DNA of 64,000 bases from Candidatus Omnitrophota bacterium (GTDB taxonomy: Bacteria; Omnitrophota; Gorgyraeia; S143-82): contig WGBD01000008.1 of the NCBI GenBank assembly GCA_015494465.1, positions 3,485 to 67,484 on the forward strand, in the 5' to 3' direction. The notes beneath the pieces were generated by a model. The model made no database searches. It had not been told where the DNA came from and saw nothing but the letters and a program-made list of their open reading frames with translations. Made by a program: the position numbers and the translations under genes. Of this stretch, positions 36,621 through 41,717 are shown one piece after another (positions within the stretch are counted from its first letter, which is position 1; every line of letters begins with the position of its first letter).

Positions 36621-37819
36621 GAAGATCCCCGCCAATAACATCCATTAAGATAGACAAGATATCTCCCTATCAGTTAAAGAAACTCAAGAACATAATCCAG
36701 AATAGGCACCCCTTTCCACTACTGATATACAATGTCCCTTACTGTCTATTCCCAAAAGTGCCCCACTGGATAGTGGCTGAATACGACGACGGAGACAAAA
36801 CAGAACAGTGTCAACGATGCGCCTGGAACTTACTCTGTCCTGGCTTTCCTTTTGACAGAGTAAGATCTACTACGCCAACCCCCATTGAGGACAAACCAAA
36901 TGAGGTGGTCATAGAGATATGTGGAAAGTGCCAACTATCGTGTGAATTCTGTAGATTTAGCAACAGCTCAACTGTAATAATAGAAACCTCCCAGATCTTT
37001 TCCATAATAGACGAGGCCCATATGATGGGGGTATCAACCATAAGGTTGACCGGGGGAGAACCCCTGCTCCACCCGGAAATCGACATAATCGTAGGCTACA
37101 TCGAAGAAAAGGGTATGAATTGCATCGTAAATACGAACGGATTATCGAGAAGGATCGTTGAACTTGCCAAACGGCATAATAACTTACAAAATGTATTGGT
37201 TTCTATACAATATAAAGACCTGTTCAACAAAAAACTCATCATCCAAAAGTTAAACAATCTAGCCCTACTAAAGGCCCATACAGCTATCGTAAGGATCGGA
37301 ACCGTAATACCACAACGAGTGAACTATCGGCAATTCGTTTTTCGGATGGCAAAGGTCATATACAAATTGCCTGTATTCCTGTGGGAGTTGTACAGGCCAT
37401 TCTCTCCTGAATGTAGACCGATAACGATCGATAGGCAAGGCTGGGAATCCATAACTAAAGGAATAACCGAACTCAAAAAGAGAGGTTTTCCTCACAAACT
37501 GGGGATAGCCAACAGCGTTCCGTTCTGTTACATGGACGAGCTGTCCAAATTATTGCTGGGCAACTTTACCGACGATGGACATACTCGAATAGTCTTCTCA
37601 GCACAGTACGAAGAATTTATCCCGTCCTACTTCTCCAACTTACTACTTGGCAAGTCCCTGATGAAAGCGTGGGACAACCCTGTCCTTCGAGCAAGGAGAA
37701 ACCTGGGGTGTTTGCCCAAACAATGCGACAGCTGTACATTAAGAAATATCTGCAGAGGAGGGTCTTACTCTATGTGGCCCCAGGAAGACCCAATGATACC
37801 TAAAAATACCTCTTTTTAA
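36617..37819 (+). CDS. Radical SAM / SPASM-like enzyme with an N-terminal Cys-containing extension
   Basis: ICGKCQLSCEFC (CxxxCxxC) about 100 aa in, LTGGEPL, and a C-terminal CDSCTLRNICRGG cluster. Its start overlaps the A24 peptidase stop (ATGA). Confidence 0.8.
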   Translation: MRRSPPITSIKIDKISPYQLKKLKNIIQNRHPFPLLIYNVPYCLFPKVPHWIVAEYDDGDKTEQCQRCAWNLLCPGFPFDRVRSTTPTPIEDKPNEVVIEICGKCQLSCEFCRFSNSSTVIIETSQIFSIIDEAHMMGVSTIRLTGGEPLLHPEIDIIVGYIEEKGMNCIVNTNGLSRRIVELAKRHNNLQNVLVSIQYKDLFNKKLIIQKLNNLALLKAHTAIVRIGTVIPQRVNYRQFVFRMAKVIYKLPVFLWELYRPFSPECRPITIDRQGWESITKGITELKKRGFPHKLGIANSVPFCYMDELSKLLLGNFTDDGHTRIVFSAQYEEFIPSYFSNLLLGKSLMKAWDNPVLRARRNLGCLPKQCDSCTLRNICRGGSYSMWPQEDPMIPKNTSF

Positions 37820-38489
37820 ACTCGAGATAATCTCTATACCCAAAGGTGGTTACGGCGGAATAAAAGTAGCTTAATCCAGAAAGTTCCTTGGCCTTGCCTC
37901 TTCCCGATAACACCTTGCCCAACAATCGAAAGGCCTTTTCCATGTATTCCTTGGCCTTACAACCGCAGTAATCCAAGGTCAAGAATTGGAGGATGTACAC
38001 CGCAAGCAAGTCCCTCTCTGTATACGGCAATAACCCTTCTACCCCACTTTTGTAATATTGATACAAGTAGAAAAACAATTTCAGATCTTCCTCTGTAGCT
38101 ACTCGATCTTCCATAAGCTCGTCTTCGATGAGGTAAGAAAAGGACATAAATTTTTCCAAGTCGTTCCCGGTCAAAGCATCGCACAAGGACCTAAATTCGC
38201 GATTAGTGAGACCACCGCAGGCATCAGAAGAGACCGCCTGGATAAAACTAACCATATCAGAAGGAATCTCGTCATAATAGGCAAGGATAAAACCTGCCTT
38301 ACCCAACGCCAAGGCCCGGGGAGCCAGCATCACCTCAACATAGTCAACGACATCTTCCTTTCCAGCATAAGGGACGACTGAATCCTTTACATATGCCAAT
38401 AACTCGTCCAATCTAAGAGGGATATCCGCAGAGAAGGCGTAACCACCAATACCTAGGGTACAGAGCAAGATAACAAGCCACTTCATCAT
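37800..38489 (-). CDS. Secreted hypothetical protein (signal peptide MMKWLVILLCTLGIGGYAFSA). The start is revised to the ATG at 38489, behind a strong AGGGGAAGGGG Shine-Dalgarno sequence.
   Basis: Signal peptide followed by 200 aa with no recognised motif. It lies 10 nt downstream of precursor peptide 2. Confidence 0.55.
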   Translation of the reverse strand: MMKWLVILLCTLGIGGYAFSADIPLRLDELLAYVKDSVVPYAGKEDVVDYVEVMLAPRALALGKAGFILAYYDEIPSDMVSFIQAVSSDACGGLTNREFRSLCDALTGNDLEKFMSFSYLIEDELMEDRVATEEDLKLFFYLYQYYKSGVEGLLPYTERDLLAVYILQFLTLDYCGCKAKEYMEKAFRLLGKVLSGRGKAKELSGLSYFYSAVTTFGYRDYLEFKKRYF

Positions 38490-38499
38490 CCCCTTCCCC

Positions 38500-38835
38500 T
38501 TAGTAACAATGGGCATTGTGCGTGGTCAACCTGTTCTCATTGTGGTGAGATACCTTACAAGAGGCCTGCGTCGGCAACTCGTTCACATGAGACAAGTGAT
38601 AATTACCGTTTATGTGACGCGGGTGCTCTTTGGTTATAAGGCATCCGCTCTTTCCTAGATGCTCCGGGACGGTTCCATTGAAATGGGAAGTGTGACTACA
38701 AGAAGCATACCCTAGCTCGGCGATAGCTGACAAAAACCCCGAACACAAAATCCCGGCCTTTACGATCTCGTCCCGCCTCACAAAACCGGATTCGTCCGCT
38801 AAGAAGTCGTACAACTTACGAGTTATCCTGTTCAT
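38500..38835 (-). CDS. Precursor-like peptide 2 (111 aa): Flp-prepilin-like leader MNRITRKLYDFLADESG plus a His/Ser/Cys/Asn-rich C-terminal region ending ...NAHCY
   Basis: A perfect AGGAGG Shine-Dalgarno 3 nt upstream. It is a paralog of the upstream peptide, sharing DFLxDESGFVxRDxxVxxGI. The C-terminal half (SCSHTSHFNGT...HPRHINGNYHLSHVNE...SCKVSHHNENRLTTHNAHCY) is low-complexity and metal-ligand-rich. Confidence 0.6.
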   Translation of the reverse strand: MNRITRKLYDFLADESGFVRRDEIVKAGILCSGFLSAIAELGYASCSHTSHFNGTVPEHLGKSGCLITKEHPRHINGNYHLSHVNELPTQASCKVSHHNENRLTTHNAHCY

Positions 38836-38844
38836 ACCCCTCCT

Positions 38845-39090
38845 TCAGTAAGTACAGTACGAACTATGGGTAACATTCTTGTTCACATGATGCCAACTAC
38901 ATCCAGCCATTCCACTGGTGTGAACCGAACCATGGCTGGAGGTGTGGTTACAATGAGCTGAGGCCTCCAGGGTAGAAACCAATGACACCGCGGAAAGGAT
39001 GGCCATACCTTTTATTCCCGACCTAACCAGCGAATCCCGGGAAACAAAACCAGATTCGTCCATCAAAAAATCGCCTATCTTCTTTATCAC
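38845..39090 (-). CDS. Precursor-like peptide 1 (81 aa, GTG start): leader (M)IKKIGDFLMDESG plus core ...AHCNHTSSHGSVHTSGMAGCSWHHVNKNVTHSSYCTY containing His-Xaa-Ser triplets
   Basis: The GTG start at 39090 overlaps the TGA stop of the rSAM/SPASM gene (GTGA), with an AAGGA upstream. The 134-aa version in the ORF track would overlap the rSAM gene. The leader aligns with peptide 2. The core has HTS/HGS/HTS/HSS repeats and 4 Cys. Confidence 0.6.
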   Translation of the reverse strand: MIKKIGDFLMDESGFVSRDSLVRSGIKGMAILSAVSLVSTLEASAHCNHTSSHGSVHTSGMAGCSWHHVNKNVTHSSYCTY

Positions 39091-40454
39091 CCTATCCTTT
39101 GCATTCCCCACGCCTGAAGCTCCTCCTCGTACTCTTCGTAAAGACAAAAGAACAAGCGTATAACCGCGTTGTGGAATTCCAACATCGAAGAATGGCCAAG
39201 TATAGAGCCCGTCTCCTGGTAGGTGTACACAGGGCAGGTCCCCGTCCACGCTATAAAGGGATTACTTGGATCCACGATGTCCAGACAACTCGCAGTGGCC
39301 ATCCCTATAACGGTATCGTGGGCCAAGACATCTTTGTAGTCGTCTTTTAAGACATTACCGATGCGGAACATATCCCTATCTTCGAGCATCCTAGCCTCGT
39401 CGCAGGTGTAAACATCTCCGTTAGGCATGTAAGCAAGGACATTCCTCCCCGCACCACACGGACAACACATGTCCACATAACTGGGATCGGAATAATACAA
39501 TATCTTTTGGGCGACATTGGACATCATCCTCTCTTTAATTGTAATTCCCGACCTGTTCAGATTCAACATATATCTCACAGCTTTCTCGTAGACGCTCATA
39601 AATTCATCCAGAGAATAACCTATTTTCTGCCATGTCTCCGGATCCACATTGATCTTACTAAGGGGTCTAAAGGCTATAGTCTTGATGCCCATATCCACAT
39701 AAGAGTCTATTATCTCCTTCCAATACTTAAGGCTTTCCCTGCTTATGGTCGTGATCAACGAAACAGAAGCCGACCGTCTTTGCAATAGATCAATTGCCTT
39801 CCGCACTACATCGTGGGTAGGCCTTCCGTCGACATAACGGCGATTGAAGTCGTGGACCTGACTTGGCCCATCGTAAGACACGCAAATCCCAACGCCTTTT
39901 TCTTTCAAGAAATCCACCTTCTCTTCGTCAAGCAGAGAACCATTGGTCACCAAAGATATCTCCAGATCCTTCGTTCCGTTATTCCACTCCCTTGCCTTTT
40001 CAACCATAAACTTTAGGGTCTCCCAATTCAAAAGAGGCTCGCCTCCTTGAAATTCCAAGGAGACGCTGTACCTTCTACTATCAAACAAAAACTTCAAGAT
40101 GTGGGCAGCCACCTCCAAACCCATTCTCCTTTTTTCATTACTCCTAGCCTGGCAATACACACAATCGAAATTACATTCCGTGGTAAGGACCGCGATGTGA
40201 AGACCAACATCCGAAAAGAGATGGCTATTCAACGACCTGAAACGGCCCGTTATGTCGTCCAAATTAGCCTCTGAAATGACGATCCCTCGTCTTTCCAATT
40301 TCTCTAGCAGAAAGGGATCTAACTGATCGATGTCTCCCAATCGAAACTGAGAGATGTCATCTAAGAGGGTCCATCCCCCAAACCTATTAGAGATCAAGTA
40401 CTTACCCGTCTTCTCAAAGTATTGCACATAAAAAGGCAGAAATACCCGTTTCAT
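39087..40454 (-). CDS. Radical SAM/SPASM-domain peptide-maturase-like enzyme with an N-terminal RRE-like (PqqD-like) extension
   Basis: About 90 aa precede TECNFDCVYCQ (CxxxCxxC). The glycine motif is EFQGGEPLL. The C-terminal Cys-rich region (MCCPCGAGRN...YTCDEA...ASCLD...CPVYTY) is SPASM-like. The gene is translationally coupled to the precursor peptide. Confidence 0.8.
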   Translation of the reverse strand: MKRVFLPFYVQYFEKTGKYLISNRFGGWTLLDDISQFRLGDIDQLDPFLLEKLERRGIVISEANLDDITGRFRSLNSHLFSDVGLHIAVLTTECNFDCVYCQARSNEKRRMGLEVAAHILKFLFDSRRYSVSLEFQGGEPLLNWETLKFMVEKAREWNNGTKDLEISLVTNGSLLDEEKVDFLKEKGVGICVSYDGPSQVHDFNRRYVDGRPTHDVVRKAIDLLQRRSASVSLITTISRESLKYWKEIIDSYVDMGIKTIAFRPLSKINVDPETWQKIGYSLDEFMSVYEKAVRYMLNLNRSGITIKERMMSNVAQKILYYSDPSYVDMCCPCGAGRNVLAYMPNGDVYTCDEARMLEDRDMFRIGNVLKDDYKDVLAHDTVIGMATASCLDIVDPSNPFIAWTGTCPVYTYQETGSILGHSSMLEFHNAVIRLFFCLYEEYEEELQAWGMQRIG

Positions 40455-40666
40455 CGGTTAAAATCCCTACTGACAATTAACAACTCCATCAAGGCCTCTT
40501 CTATATCGTCGCCTTGAAACTGCACTTCCCACCTATTGCCATACGGCTTTATCGAAACCAGATTGTACCTGTTCAACACCTCGGAAGGCATCTTATCCAA
40601 GGGATAAACGCTCCTGGATAGAAACACGCGAGCATCTCCGTTTAGCAAGGGCAGGGTATCACTCAT
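40451..40666 (-). CDS. Small protein (71 aa) coupled (ATGA) to the rSAM/SPASM gene; a possible stand-alone peptide-binding (PqqD/RRE-like) or accessory protein
   Basis: ORF in tight operon context (overlaps on both sides). No motif was confidently recognised. Confidence 0.4.
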   Translation of the reverse strand: MSDTLPLLNGDARVFLSRSVYPLDKMPSEVLNRYNLVSIKPYGNRWEVQFQGDDIEEALMELLIVSRDFNR

Positions 40667-41033
40667 CCTCTGCTTCTAACTCTTTTATGAGCTCTTCTAT
40701 CTCCTTTTCTTCCGCTTCCTGAATAAATTTCGGAGACGAAGAGAACAGCGCCCGCTGTATGATCAACTTAGCTACTTCATTATTCTCCTTCAGCGAGGCA
40801 AAGTATCTCTCGTAATTTATAAGCTGGTTACCAAATTCCAGCTCGATGTCATCTATAGAAGCACCTCCCTTTGACTTCACATAAGCAATGTAATACTTTT
40901 CATCTTCGTCTATCACGATGTATGCCTTGCCCAAGAATGTATACGCTGCGTTGTAGATGGCCTGCAGGGAATAGAGGTTCTTATTGATCTTTATGGCCTT
41001 CCACCCCCCTTTATAAACAGCCATTCCTACCAC
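40659..41033 (-). CDS. Small acidic-tailed protein (124 aa), possibly an HxsD-like accessory protein
   Basis: Operon position directly upstream of the rSAM cassette. An internal ...QLINYERYFASLKE... segment loosely resembles the LLNDYxLRE signature recalled for HxsD. The C-terminal poly-Glu tail is EEKEIEELIKELEAEDE. Confidence 0.4.
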   Translation of the reverse strand: MVGMAVYKGGWKAIKINKNLYSLQAIYNAAYTFLGKAYIVIDEDEKYYIAYVKSKGGASIDDIELEFGNQLINYERYFASLKENNEVAKLIIQRALFSSSPKFIQEAEEKEIEELIKELEAEDE

Positions 41034-41549
41034 CTACCCTCCACAATAATATATCCTTCCATTGACCCTTAGGTCGTGATCAACCGTGAGGTTGTTCTCC
41101 ACTCGCAGATTCCCTTTAACTCTATCCTGAATCGTCAATGTATTCACCTGCAAATGACCTGCTACCGTACCATTACCTGTGACCTCCAAGTTACCGGTAA
41201 CTGTGACCTTGCCATTCGAAGGATCAATAGTTACCGCAGCCCTAGCAGGGTCACCTATGACGACCTTGCCCGTTGCTGTTATGTACAAAGAGCCATCGGT
41301 TGGATCGAAGGTTACCCTGGCTACATTTGAAGTGATATCCTTAAAAAATATCTCTTTCTGCAAAACAATAACCCCGTCCTCAAGGGCTTCACCCATGAGA
41401 CTGCTCCCCACCGAGAGCTTATAAGTCCTCAACTCTTCGTACTCGCCGTAAGGGGACGGATAATAGACGGAAATGGTTTTATGGCTCTCTGACCACCCAA
41501 AGACAGGGATCACCAAGGATAAAAGCAGCAACAAAAATGTATTCTTCAT
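41034..41549 (-). CDS. Secreted protein (171 aa) with a conserved VYYPSPYGEYEELR N-terminal module and bactofilin-like beta-helix repeats
   Basis: The signal peptide is MKNTFLLLLLSLVIPVFGW. The module is shared with 55831..57393. Repeats (GNLEVTGNGTVAGHLQVNTLTIQDRVKGNLRVENNLTVDHDLRVNG) resemble bactofilin/beta-helix repeats. It is the first gene of the rSAM operon. Confidence 0.55.
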   Translation of the reverse strand: MKNTFLLLLLSLVIPVFGWSESHKTISVYYPSPYGEYEELRTYKLSVGSSLMGEALEDGVIVLQKEIFFKDITSNVARVTFDPTDGSLYITATGKVVIGDPARAAVTIDPSNGKVTVTGNLEVTGNGTVAGHLQVNTLTIQDRVKGNLRVENNLTVDHDLRVNGRIYYCGG

Positions 41550-41717
41550 GGTTTATCCTAACTTCTTCCAACCACATCAAATATTAACACGCAAGCGTCA
41601 ATCAGGTCAAGGACTGCACGACATTGAGACCAGCGATTCAGCACACACCATTGCAAAAAATTGGCCACTGGGCAAGATTAGAAGGATCGCTCGCAGAGAC
41701 GAAACCCGTTCTCGCGC

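Larger units (their letters stand above)
28393..41717. other. AT-richer accessory island between dapA and uvrA, carrying the radical-SAM / glycosyltransferase / precursor-peptide cluster
   Basis: Visible compositional shift: many more A/T-rich codons and AT-rich intergenic spacers than in the flanking roughly 60% GC genes. Gene content is non-housekeeping. The flanks are conserved core genes. Confidence 0.7.

Noticed and set aside
38845-39249. 134-aa version of precursor peptide 1 given in the ORF track (start MDGDLPCVHLPG...)
   Set aside because: Its first 53 codons overlap the C-terminus of the rSAM/SPASM gene in another frame. The paralogous peptide aligns from the internal GTG (VIKKIGDFLMDESG), which overlaps the rSAM stop as GTGA and has an upstream AAGGA. 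I therefore call 38845..39090.
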